A stretch of 64,000 nt of DNA from a virus. Made by a program: the position numbers and the translations under genes. The stretch covers positions 32,001 to 96,000 of IMG/VR virus record IMGVR_UViG_3300047557_002951, one strand, 5' to 3'. Numbering within the stretch: the stretch's first letter is position 1; each line of letters begins with the position of its first letter. This document shows positions 56,313 through 63,892 of the stretch, piece by piece. The notes under the pieces are model-generated. The model saw only the letters and a program-made list of their open reading frames with translations. It did not search any database and had not been told where the DNA came from.

Positions 56313-56371
56313 GTTACGATTGATACGATTGATAGTTTAGGCGGCTTTAGGGTTCCCAAGCCCAGGAGAGT

Positions 56372-56400
56372 ATTATAGCACAGGCTCAGTCGTCTTGCAA
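56372..56400 (-). promoter_or_regulatory. Sigma70-type promoter for gp32
   Basis: TTGCAA-17 nt-TATAAT with an extended TG. Confidence 0.8.
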
Positions 56401-56718
56401 CTGCTGTTTTGAGTCTCGTATGAGATTGGTCATATTCTGAAAAACATCACCAATCTTCATATGTGGGGCTAACCCAAGCAACTGCATTGATTCATCCAAT
56501 CGAGTTTTCATCTCAATTGCCTTGGAATCATCGGATAAACTTAGTCTTGCATAAAGAACTCTTTGTTTATCTAATAATTGCTCTAACATTTCTATATGCT
56601 CTAGCTTCTCTTCTTTTGACATATTTTCAAAAGAAAGCATAGTAGAAGATATTCTTTCCTGAAGAAATCCGATTTCTTTCAATTCGTTCTGGACAATATC
56701 AGAATCAAAAAATGTCAC
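56386..56718 (-). CDS. DUF1825-like protein
   Basis: FFDSDIVQ.E...LL.KQRVLYARLSLSDD..A..MK. Confidence 0.75.
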   Translation of the reverse strand: MTFFDSDIVQNELKEIGFLQERISSTMLSFENMSKEEKLEHIEMLEQLLDKQRVLYARLSLSDDSKAIEMKTRLDESMQLLGLAPHMKIGDVFQNMTNLIRDSKQQLQDD

Positions 56719-57314
56719 AGCAAAACTTTTCTTATGATGTTCTTGTATTTATCTAGATCAAGCTTTAAAAATGGAGAATAATTTTTGATCTTCTTTGAAA
56801 CAATTTCCCAAATAGGATCAATAAGTTTCTCATCAAATTTTCCACTGAAGTGAATAATCTGATCTAATACTACTAAAGTTTCCAATGTTAGTTTACCGGA
56901 AAGATACTCTTTCAGTAATTTTGGGTGCTTCCCGCCATCAATCTTTAAATAATCTAGAAAGTTATTCCCAGCAAATACATCTCTTAGATCAGTTTCAAAA
57001 ACATAAGTTAAAGACTGTCGTTTCTTTTTCCATTCTAAGTATTGTTCATTTCCATTCTTTATGATATCACCAATCCACAAGGAAGATGGATCAGTTGCAG
57101 CAATAAAATTGGAAACAAAGAAGTCTACGACTTCATCATCCTTTTTTTGTCTTGATAGCTTTTCAAAAAAGAGTCTGTCTTTTCTCTTATGAAATGCATC
57201 AATAGAAGCCTTGATTTTTCCATTATATTTGTGGAAATCATAATTGTCACTGGAAAAGTGGCGCTTTAGAGCAAGATAAGTTTTAAAGGTTTCATGTGGT
57301 GTCACTTTACTCAT
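56715..57314 (-). CDS. gp59: Helicase loader gp59
   Basis: YLALKRHF...YDFHKYNGK...F.KRKDR.FFEKLSR...FFVSNF. Confidence 0.9.
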   Translation of the reverse strand: MSKVTPHETFKTYLALKRHFSSDNYDFHKYNGKIKASIDAFHKRKDRLFFEKLSRQKKDDEVVDFFVSNFIAATDPSSLWIGDIIKNGNEQYLEWKKKRQSLTYVFETDLRDVFAGNNFLDYLKIDGGKHPKLLKEYLSGKLTLETLVVLDQIIHFSGKFDEKLIDPIWEIVSKKIKNYSPFLKLDLDKYKNIIRKVLL

Positions 57315-57574
57315 ATGGGGAGTTTTGCTTTAGAACTTTGCTTCAGAAAATTCAATTCGATTGCATCACATCTCAGTTTTTCTTTGAGTGGTTTAGTGAT
57401 TAACTTTGAGATGGATTCTACATCAAGACCATTAGATTCACAATAGTGGACAATGGCACTAATATAATTGTGCTCTGGCTCATTTTGTACCAAACTTTCA
57501 ATTTCTTGTGCGAATTTATCTTGACATAAGAACTTCTTTTGAAATTCTTTTTTGAGTTCATCGGAGTGATTCAT
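57311..57574 (-). CDS. gp33: Late transcription coactivator gp33
   Basis: FAQEIE.LV...NYI.AIVHYCE.N..DVESI.KLI.KPLKEKL..DA..LNFLK. Confidence 0.9.
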   Translation of the reverse strand: MNHSDELKKEFQKKFLCQDKFAQEIESLVQNEPEHNYISAIVHYCESNGLDVESISKLITKPLKEKLRCDAIELNFLKQSSKAKLPI

Positions 57575-58286
57575 ATTCTTTTAGTTTATCCTGAGTGAAT
57601 TTTTTTACATATTTTACGAGAAGGCGAATGTATTTTTCAACATCGGTTTCAATATAAGTCACCACTTCACCATTTTCACATGCCATAATAATAACTAACT
57701 GTTCAACTTCTCTGCCAGTTAATTCTTTAAGCATAAACGCATAAGCTGCAGCCTGAACAAAATAATTTTCGATCCATTCTCGTGGTTTTGGTTTTTCTGA
57801 TGACTTATAGTCAATAACACTTAGTCTACTTTCGTAATCAGCAATTGTATCAACTGTTCCAGCAATTTTGAAGTAATCACTATAAAGAGAACGCTCAATT
57901 GCAATGATATTATCAATTTTGTCTAATTCAGTTTTTGCAACATCAAAGAGAAACTTAGGAAGAGGAGTAGATTCTGGAAGCTCTTCATTGAGTAAGTAAT
58001 TTTCAATGAGTGAGTGCATTGCTGTTCCACGATTTGTGGATGCTTTCGTAATGCGGTTTGCTTCTTCTTCTCCTACTCTCTTCCTCCAACTAATAAACTT
58101 TTCTTTATTATAATGTGATGTAACAGAAGTGACTGAAACGAATTTTTTTAGTTCTGTTTCTCCTGGAATTTTATAATAACGAACTCCATCAATTGTTTCT
58201 CGTTCAAGATTTGGCAGATTGATTTCAATATGATTGAACTTTTTAGCTTTTTTTATGCTTTGTAATTTTAATCCAAAGGTTCCCAT
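57558..58286 (-). CDS. PD-(D/E)XK (Cas4/RecB-like) exonuclease
   Basis: SVTSV...WRKRVGEEEANRI...RGT.MH...E..LYS....AGTVD.IA...VIDYKSS...YFVQ..AYA; start codon uncertain. Confidence 0.85.
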   Translation of the reverse strand: MGTFGLKLQSIKKAKKFNHIEINLPNLERETIDGVRYYKIPGETELKKFVSVTSVTSHYNKEKFISWRKRVGEEEANRITKASTNRGTAMHSLIENYLLNEELPESTPLPKFLFDVAKTELDKIDNIIAIERSLYSDYFKIAGTVDTIADYESRLSVIDYKSSEKPKPREWIENYFVQAAAYAFMLKELTGREVEQLVIIMACENGEVVTYIETDVEKYIRLLVKYVKKFTQDKLKEYESLR

Positions 58287-58941
58287 TTTTAATTTTAGTT
58301 ACATGTCCTTGTCTGATTCCAAACATTTTACCAATTTCCTTTTGTGTAAGTTCCCCCTCCCAAGCAAGTCTGTATATTTCTAAAATTTGTTCTTCTGTCA
58401 GCTTGCTTCTTGGGTGAGTTGCACCTGGAAATCTTTGTTTGAGTTTTTCTATAGTTTCCGGCGAAAATTTTGTTCCTAGTCTTTTTTGTCTGATTTTTTC
58501 TTTAGTTTCTTCTGTATGGGTTCTCCCATAAAAATGGGCATTTTCACCACTAAAATTTTCACTCAAATATCTTTTATATTCTTCTGGTTGACTTCTCCCA
58601 TACATTCCATTTTTTTCTCCTTTTACTCTATCACTTAATATTTTGGATCCTTTTAGTAATTTATTTGGGTTATTAATACTAGAAAACCCAGTTGGATTTT
58701 CGTTGAAATTCATACATTTTGGATCGTTTATGTGCTGGGAAATGTATTCTTTCTCTTTTTCTAGCAGTTCATCAAATGTTTCACAAAATACTATTATGTC
58801 TCTCTTTAGTGTAGATTTATCTTTAATAGATCTAACCCATTTCCCACTGCCAAAATAACCATCGTCAATCCTTAAAGTGCTATGTCTACCATAATAATAA
58901 AGTCCGGATTGTGAGTAGGTTTTGTATATAAAATGATACAT
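58243..58941 (-). mobile_element. Free-standing GIY-YIG(seg)-like homing endonuclease with NUMOD3 and a C-terminal HTH
   Basis: FIYKT...YYYGRH...DGYFGSG; GEKNGMYG and FYGRTHTEETKEKI (NUMOD3); SKLTEEQI...TQKEIG.MFGI HTH. Confidence 0.8.
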
Positions 58942-58989
58942 AAAACTAGCGAAAGAGTATATTATATATACTCCTTTACTAGTCTCTAA

Positions 58990-59751
58990 TTACAAACCCA
59001 ACGACTTTTTAGCGATTACAAACTCCCGGACCAAAGGAGAACGAATAATATCATCGACACCAAACTCAATTTTTTCAAACGAAGGCATTACATCAACAAT
59101 TCTAAGAAAATCAACGATTCCATTTTTCTCACTTAGTTTAACTAAATCACTTTGTTCGGCATCGCCAGCAAACATAATCTTTGTGTCCATACCACACCTA
59201 GAAATTACAGAGAAGCATTCATGTCCAGAGCAGTTTTGTGCCTCGTCAACGATAATGATACAGTTATCAAGGGTTACACCACGAATGAATGATGTACACC
59301 AGAAGCTTATGGTTTCTTGAGATTTTAGATTCCCATAAAGCATTTCGAAATCATCGTCCGATGGCAATTGGAACATGTATTTTACCATGTTCTTATATGG
59401 AATTTCGAAAAGTGATTTCTTGTCCTCTTCTTTGCCAGGGAGGAACCCGATCTCACGAGTCTGAACAAGAGACCTTACGATGTAAATTTTTTCATAAGGA
59501 CTCCTCTCATTTAAGACTTCTTTCAGTGCTTTATAGAGAAGGATAAAAGTTTTTCCACTACCAGGAACCCCATGAGCGAATATATTTTTACCTTCATCAT
59601 AATAATCAAATAATTTCCTTTGATTATCTGTTAATGGCTGAATGTCTAAAAGTAGATCCGAATTGATCGGTTTCTTTCTTTTCATTTGCTTCGCGGTCAT
59701 ACCAACTCCGATTGGTTGATAATCATCTGATGTTCTTTTCCTTCTTGCCAT
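58990..59751 (-). CDS. phoH: PhoH-like ATPase
   Basis: GVPGSGKT, RSLV.TREIGFLPG, SFIRGVTLDN.IIIVDEAQN, GD..QSDL, DIIRS.LV. Confidence 0.95.
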   Translation of the reverse strand: MARRKRTSDDYQPIGVGMTAKQMKRKKPINSDLLLDIQPLTDNQRKLFDYYDEGKNIFAHGVPGSGKTFILLYKALKEVLNERSPYEKIYIVRSLVQTREIGFLPGKEEDKKSLFEIPYKNMVKYMFQLPSDDDFEMLYGNLKSQETISFWCTSFIRGVTLDNCIIIVDEAQNCSGHECFSVISRCGMDTKIMFAGDAEQSDLVKLSEKNGIVDFLRIVDVMPSFEKIEFGVDDIIRSPLVREFVIAKKSLGL

Positions 59752-59754
59752 GTA

Positions 59755-60000
59755 TCAATATTGCATTTTTGACTTACTTCCGCCGGATTTATCGGCTTTC
59801 TTTAAAATTTCACCCCAACCTGGATGCTTATTAGTCAGGCGATTTTTCCAATCGCCCACTTCACCAGGACTCGCACATCCTTCACTCCAATCACGCTGCC
59901 ACTGAGGGTTTTCTTCATACCATTGCTGAATGTCATGGACACTCATTTGGATAATTTTTTTTTCTCCAGTCTCTTTATTAATAATTGGATATATTGCCAA
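59755..60000 (-). CDS. Conserved cyanophage small protein upstream of phoH
   Basis: TTG start after a GGAG SD: (M)AIYPIINKETGE...NPQW.RDWS.G...HPGW.E.L; late promoter at 60025-60032. Confidence 0.65.
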   Translation of the reverse strand: MAIYPIINKETGEKKIIQMSVHDIQQWYEENPQWQRDWSEGCASPGEVGDWKNRLTNKHPGWGEILKKADKSGGSKSKMQY

Positions 60001-60027
60001 AATCAAATCTCCATACATTTCTTATAT

Positions 60028-60186
60028 TTATTCGATGCAAATCGATGGTGCATCATCACACTCGGAGCAATCCACACATTCGTCCATATCTGGATTTTTA
60101 TTTAAAAAATCTTGGAATTGTTCCTCTGTCAATAATATTTTAAATATGTGACCAGTAAGATGATCTTTTACACACCAGGATTTCAT
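60028..60186 (-). CDS. Small Cys-rich hypothetical protein
   Basis: Not in the ORF track; MKSWCVKDHLTGHIFKILLTEEQFQDFLNKNPDMDECVDCSECDDAPSICIE fills the gap after thyX. Confidence 0.6.
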   Translation of the reverse strand: MKSWCVKDHLTGHIFKILLTEEQFQDFLNKNPDMDECVDCSECDDAPSICIE

Positions 60187-60191
60187 AGTTT

Positions 60192-60944
60192 TTATGGTGA
60201 TAGTTTTGCTCTATGTAGACGCTTCTCCTCATAATATTTCCAGACATTAGGTGCCCATCGCTCAAGTAATGGAGCGAATTGCTCGCAGAGGGCTTGAATT
60301 TCAAGTTGAGCATCCATTTTTGCCCTCAGATCCATAAGATGCAAAACAGATCGAAGATTGAAAGAGACTACAAAATTTTGACGGATTGCTTGTGCAAGAT
60401 AATCACGAATATGTTCCTCACACATTCCTTTTTCATATTTCACTGCATACCGTTTACAACCCTCTACAATCCAATTCAGTTCATCCTGATAATCTTCCAA
60501 AGTCCAATCATATTTTTTACCATATCGATTGGTATAAAATCCAGGAGGGCGAACATAAAACACATCTTCTGGTTTTAGTTCACCGTTAGCAACTTTAATA
60601 ACTCGTTTGCCAGTATATCGCTGAGATTGAACATCAAAAGTCACCCCCACTCGATGTGTTCTTGCTTGCATTGCGACATTGTGGACATATCCAGAAACTG
60701 AAAAAGTAATCGCTGGATGTTCTAGTGGTCCCCAATGTCCTTTGTCATTCCCAAGAAGTCGATCAACTACCCACACACCACATTCACTTGGAGTTGGAAT
60801 TTTTTGATTGTGAATAGAAGTCTCAGAATAATCACATTTTCCAGCTTGATAAATTACTTGTTCTGGAAGAGGATAGCATTGAAGCATCACTACCTCAAGA
60901 TTTTTATCAAGTTCAAGTAAGTCTTTTGCTTTAACTGGTTTCAT
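60192..60944 (-). CDS. thyX: Flavin-dependent thymidylate synthase
   Basis: GHWGPLEH, QARTHRVGVTFDVQSQRY (RHRx7S-like), NLRS..H..DLR...AQ.EI. Confidence 0.92.
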   Translation of the reverse strand: MKPVKAKDLLELDKNLEVVMLQCYPLPEQVIYQAGKCDYSETSIHNQKIPTPSECGVWVVDRLLGNDKGHWGPLEHPAITFSVSGYVHNVAMQARTHRVGVTFDVQSQRYTGKRVIKVANGELKPEDVFYVRPPGFYTNRYGKKYDWTLEDYQDELNWIVEGCKRYAVKYEKGMCEEHIRDYLAQAIRQNFVVSFNLRSVLHLMDLRAKMDAQLEIQALCEQFAPLLERWAPNVWKYYEEKRLHRAKLSP

Positions 60945-61129
60945 ACATCAATCTCCCATGTTTCCTTTTCTTTTTTACGAAGTTTTTTAAGTTCTTTCAT
61001 CATTTCTTTAATTTCCTGATATGCCACCTCAGGAGACATTTTATCCCCAACTTCAAGACCCACAATATATTGCACTTTATCACCAAAGCGTGCTAGTGCT
61101 CTTTCAAATTCAGTTAAAGTTTCGTACAT
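60941..61129 (-). CDS. Small hypothetical protein
   Basis: FERALARFGDKV..I.GLE.G.K.SPE.AYQEIK. Confidence 0.6.
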   Translation of the reverse strand: MYETLTEFERALARFGDKVQYIVGLEVGDKMSPEVAYQEIKEMMKELKKLRKKEKETWEIDV

Positions 61130-61302
61130 TATTCCTCATGATAATCTGGTTCATAAGTATCTATCAGATCCACAGAAGGAGAAATCAGATCCTCAAGCTT
61201 TACAATGTTGCTCTGTTTTTCTTCTTCTTCCATTTCTAGCTTAAGAAATTCAATCAAAAGCTCCATGTTTTTGATAATCAAATTTATTTTCTGTTTATTC
61301 AT
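61129..61302 (-). CDS. Small hypothetical protein (57 aa)
   Basis: Manual translation MNKQKINLIIKNMELLIEFLKLE...DYHEE; first gene after the promoter at 61326-61354. Confidence 0.6.
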   Translation of the reverse strand: MNKQKINLIIKNMELLIEFLKLEMEEEEKQSNIVKLEDLISPSVDLIDTYEPDYHEE

Positions 61303-61325
61303 GTAGCCATATCGGGTACATAATC

Positions 61326-61354
61326 ATTATACAGAAAAAAAGGTGGGCTGTCAA
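61326..61354 (-). promoter_or_regulatory. Consensus sigma70 early promoter
   Basis: TTGACA-17 nt-TATAAT. Confidence 0.9.
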
Positions 61355-61363
61355 CCCACCTTT
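61334..61363 (-). terminator. Intrinsic terminator closing the riboswitch operon
   Basis: AAAGGTGGG-TTGACAG-CCCACCTTT plus T-run. Confidence 0.85.
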
Positions 61364-61368
61364 GAATA

Positions 61369-61470
61369 TTATGCAATCTGAGGCTTTTTGGCCATATTCA
61401 GTTGCGCAGCTAGAAGAAGCTTTTCTTTTTTTGCTTTCTTCTTAAGATAACGAACAAAATAAGAATTCAT
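61369..61470 (-). CDS. 33-aa basic peptide
   Basis: MNSYFVRYLKKKAKKEKLLLAAQLNMAKKPQIA; AAGGAGG SD within the upstream ORF. Confidence 0.65.
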   Translation of the reverse strand: MNSYFVRYLKKKAKKEKLLLAAQLNMAKKPQIA

Positions 61471-61471
61471 C

Positions 61472-61606
61472 TCACTTTTCCTCCTTTACGAATTTGATTC
61501 CGCGATAGGTTTCATTATATTGTTGTGGTTGTTGTTGGGCTTGTTGTTGAGCCTGACGACGAACTTCGGTGTCATACTCAACACCCCTGTAAACTACTTT
61601 AGACAT
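61472..61606 (-). CDS. DUF4278-like peptide (44 aa, Gln-rich)
   Basis: MSKVVYRGVEYDTEVRRQAQQQAQQQPQQYNETYRGIKFVKEEK; twin YRG motifs; AAGGAG SD. Confidence 0.85.
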   Translation of the reverse strand: MSKVVYRGVEYDTEVRRQAQQQAQQQPQQYNETYRGIKFVKEEK

Positions 61607-61636
61607 TTGCGTTGCTCCTTTACTGCATGTAAATTT

Positions 61637-61686
61637 GCGTTGCTTCTCCCTAAGGATACTTCCGCTGGTGTTTTCCAGTCAACGAT
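61637..61686 (-). ncRNA. Glutamine riboswitch (glnA RNA motif, class I)
   Basis: AUCGUUG-A-CUGG AAAACA CCAG-CGGAAGUA-UCC UUAG GGA-GAAG-CAACGC: P1, P2, E-loop and P3 three-way junction upstream of a DUF4278-like ORF. Confidence 0.85.
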
Positions 61687-61692
61687 AGAAGT

Positions 61693-61721
61693 ATTATACC
61701 TTCTATCCATATGTATGTCAA
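61693..61721 (-). promoter_or_regulatory. Consensus sigma70 promoter driving the riboswitch
   Basis: TTGACA-17 nt-TATAAT; predicted start at about 61686, the first nt of the aptamer. Confidence 0.9.
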
Positions 61722-61725
61722 GAGT

Positions 61726-61739
61726 GTATCCGTTGCTAC
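61726..61739. promoter_or_regulatory. Putative NtcA-binding site
   Basis: GTA-TCCGTTGC-TAC (GTA-N8-TAC), 4 bp upstream of the -35. Confidence 0.55.
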
Positions 61740-61785
61740 TATTTTGTATCGTGACTATACAAAATTATATTAAGATTTGTTAACA

Positions 61786-62112
61786 TTATCTCTGAACAAA
61801 TTCAAGTTTATAACGCTCTGGATTTAACTGTTGAATAATTATATCACAACCAATTTTTGGATTACTATCGCCACATGTAAAAACATCGACTGCTGCATTT
61901 CCATCCTCAGGCCAAGTGTGGATGGAAAAATGACTTTCAGAAAGCAAACATAATACGGTAACTCCTTGCGGATCAAATTTCTTAAAAATAGTTTGACACA
62001 CAGTTGCTCCACTAGCAATAGCAGAATTTTCCAATAAATCAATAAGAAAATGCACATCATTAAGATGTGCATAAGAACAACCATAAAGATTCAACAGATA
62101 ATGCTTGCCCAT
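61786..62112 (-). CDS. speD: S-adenosylmethionine decarboxylase proenzyme (class 1b)
   Basis: GKHYLLNLYGC...FDPQGVT..CLLSESHFSIHTWPE.G.AAVDVFTCG. Confidence 0.9.
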   Translation of the reverse strand: MGKHYLLNLYGCSYAHLNDVHFLIDLLENSAIASGATVCQTIFKKFDPQGVTVLCLLSESHFSIHTWPEDGNAAVDVFTCGDSNPKIGCDIIIQQLNPERYKLEFVQR

Positions 62113-62297
62113 CAGTCCACTGGATCCTCTTCATATTCTTTAATGAGACCAGAAACTAAAGTTTCTGTACCATCCATATTCTTAATTTCATACAATGGAG
62201 ATTTCATATATTTTTTGATTTTCTTATATTTTTTAATTAGGTCTTGAACTTCATCTTTATAGATGACGACATTAGGGTTATTAAATCCTGTACTCAT
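62112..62297 (-). CDS. Small hypothetical protein
   Basis: IKKYKKIKKYMKS.LY.IK.MDG.E. Confidence 0.55.
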   Translation of the reverse strand: MSTGFNNPNVVIYKDEVQDLIKKYKKIKKYMKSPLYEIKNMDGTETLVSGLIKEYEEDPVD

Positions 62298-62602
62298 TTC
62301 TTTTTCTTTTTCTCAGTTGTTTTTTCGCCCCAAAGTCTTGGATTGGTTCTACCATATCCAAAATCAATTTTTTTAATTGCGTTGGATCCAAGCTTATCGT
62401 AATAAAGATCAAAAATATCTACTCGCTTTCTACCACGGCACACATCAACATAACTACCATTGTCTAGTTGATAATAAACAAGATATGCATCATTTGGAAC
62501 AGAAGTATCTTTAATTTGATCTGGGGTAGCATTAGAGTAAATTAGTTCACATCCATAGACTGAATTAATTCGTTCCTTTTCTTCTTTCGACCATTCTACC
62601 AT
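62294..62602 (-). CDS. Conserved cyanophage hypothetical protein
   Basis: YGCE...P.DAYLV.Y...DIFD.YYD...I..I..GYG..NP.LWG; start moved to MVEW. Confidence 0.6.
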   Translation of the reverse strand: MVEWSKEEKERINSVYGCELIYSNATPDQIKDTSVPNDAYLVYYQLDNGSYVDVCRGRKRVDIFDLYYDKLGSNAIKKIDFGYGRTNPRLWGEKTTEKKKKK

Positions 62603-62625
62603 CTTTTTATCTTTGATTAATGATT

Positions 62626-63192
62626 TCAAGACCGACCTCCCCATTGAATGTCAGGATATGCATCCTTAATGAGTTGGTGAGTTATCTTATATTTAGTTTG
62701 TAACTGTTTGTCTTTCGTGAGAATAAGAATCTCTGCTTCTTTTGGATGCAATCCCTCCAAAAGATTAATAAACATAGTTTCAATACGAAGTTTTGATATG
62801 GATGAATTTCCACCTCGAATAAAATTATAAAAAATTCTAGCTTCTTGCCTCAGCGAAGTCCGCTGTGTTGCCATATGAGAATCTAGTTTACTTGGATTTT
62901 CCAGTTGCTTTTCAATGCTAGTGGAAAGATTATCGTTCCCAGAAGATTGATCTTGAACACTGGAATATGGAACTGGACCTTCCGGTAGAGCGGAAAATAC
63001 ACTTTCATCAAAATTCCAAATTAAAATAGAAACAAGAGCATCATTACGATACTCTTGTAAGACTTCAATTTTTTTCTGATTTGTCCTTTGTTTTGAAACT
63101 AATTCAAGAATCTCATGTTGAAACGGATTTGATTGTAGTTTGATCGATTCAGTCGTCGTCTTCGCTACTGTCTTCTTCTTCGTCGTAGTCAT
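62626..63192 (-). CDS. Conserved T4-like hypothetical protein (DUF6433-like)
   Basis: LIWNFDES..S.LPEG.VPY...YNF..GGN...R.E.MFI.LLEGLHP.EAEIL.L.KDK. Confidence 0.7.
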   Translation of the reverse strand: MTTTKKKTVAKTTTESIKLQSNPFQHEILELVSKQRTNQKKIEVLQEYRNDALVSILIWNFDESVFSALPEGPVPYSSVQDQSSGNDNLSTSIEKQLENPSKLDSHMATQRTSLRQEARIFYNFIRGGNSSISKLRIETMFINLLEGLHPKEAEILILTKDKQLQTKYKITHQLIKDAYPDIQWGGRS

Positions 63193-63385
63193 TTAAATCT
63201 CCTTCAAATCTAAAAGCAAGTATTTCATCTGGAATAACATTTCCATTCTGATCAAAAAATTCTGGGTGCATATATGGTACTTTATTATTCTCGATATGTT
63301 GACTTACCACCCAAACAATAAGCCCACCAACAAGGAAGAACAAAATTGAAACAAGAATGCTTAATGTGATTGCTACTGCGATCAT
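63149..63385 (-). CDS. Small membrane protein
   Basis: N-terminal TM helix; HPEFFD.NGN.IPDEI.A.RFE. Confidence 0.65.
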   Translation of the reverse strand: MIAVAITLSILVSILFFLVGGLIVWVVSQHIENNKVPYMHPEFFDQNGNVIPDEILAFRFEGDLNDYDEEEDSSEDDD

Positions 63386-63534
63386 TGTTTTGTCTCCTGG
63401 GAATTTCGTTTTCTTAGCTGTATGCCTATCCGAAAATGAAATTCCCAGTTGAGGAGAGAAACCATTTTCGCATAAGCAAAATTAAAAAAGTTTGGTTCCT
63501 CCTTCTTCTTAATATTGCGGAGCATAAGCTCCAT
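63382..63534 (-). CDS. Small hypothetical protein
   Basis: GAGGT SD before MELMLRN at 63534; ATAAATA at 63540-63546. Confidence 0.5.
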   Translation of the reverse strand: MELMLRNIKKKEEPNFFNFAYAKMVSLLNWEFHFRIGIQLRKRNSQETKQ

Positions 63535-63538
63535 ACCT

Positions 63539-63892
63539 CTATTTATTTGTAATTTTCTTCCTTCTGCCTGGTCTCTTGTCATAAAGATATTTTTCGGTAT
63601 CGGTCAAAATTGAGTCCAGGTAGTTTCGAATTTTACGAGCAAAAGGTTTTGATAAGTATCCATATGCTTCTCTTAATTGCTTATGAATTTCGTCCTGTCC
63701 TCCTTCCAAATATGTATCTAAATCTTCCACCAAGAGTTTTAAATTGATTGCAGTGGAACTTTCAAGAAATTGTTTAGCTTCTGCTCTTTTAGCTTCTTTC
63801 CCTCTGAGGTACTGATAGAAATTCATGACAAATTTTTGCTCGGAGAAAGCATAGTCAATTGCTTTTTCTACATCAAAACAATACTCTTCCAT
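63539..63892 (-). CDS. Conserved hypothetical protein
   Basis: VEKAIDYAF...FYQYL...YLEGG.D..HKQLREAYG.L.KP.ARKIRNYL. Confidence 0.65.
   Translation of the reverse strand: MEEYCFDVEKAIDYAFSEQKFVMNFYQYLRGKEAKRAEAKQFLESSTAINLKLLVEDLDTYLEGGQDEIHKQLREAYGYLSKPFARKIRNYLDSILTDTEKYLYDKRPGRRKKITNK

Noticed and set aside
58243-58989. Group I intron around the homing endonuclease
   Set aside because: No room for, or sign of, P/Q/R/S core elements; phoH and the exonuclease both look uninterrupted.
61520-61783. 87-aa plus-strand ORF
   Set aside because: Antisense to the promoter/riboswitch/DUF4278 unit, which explains the sequence better.
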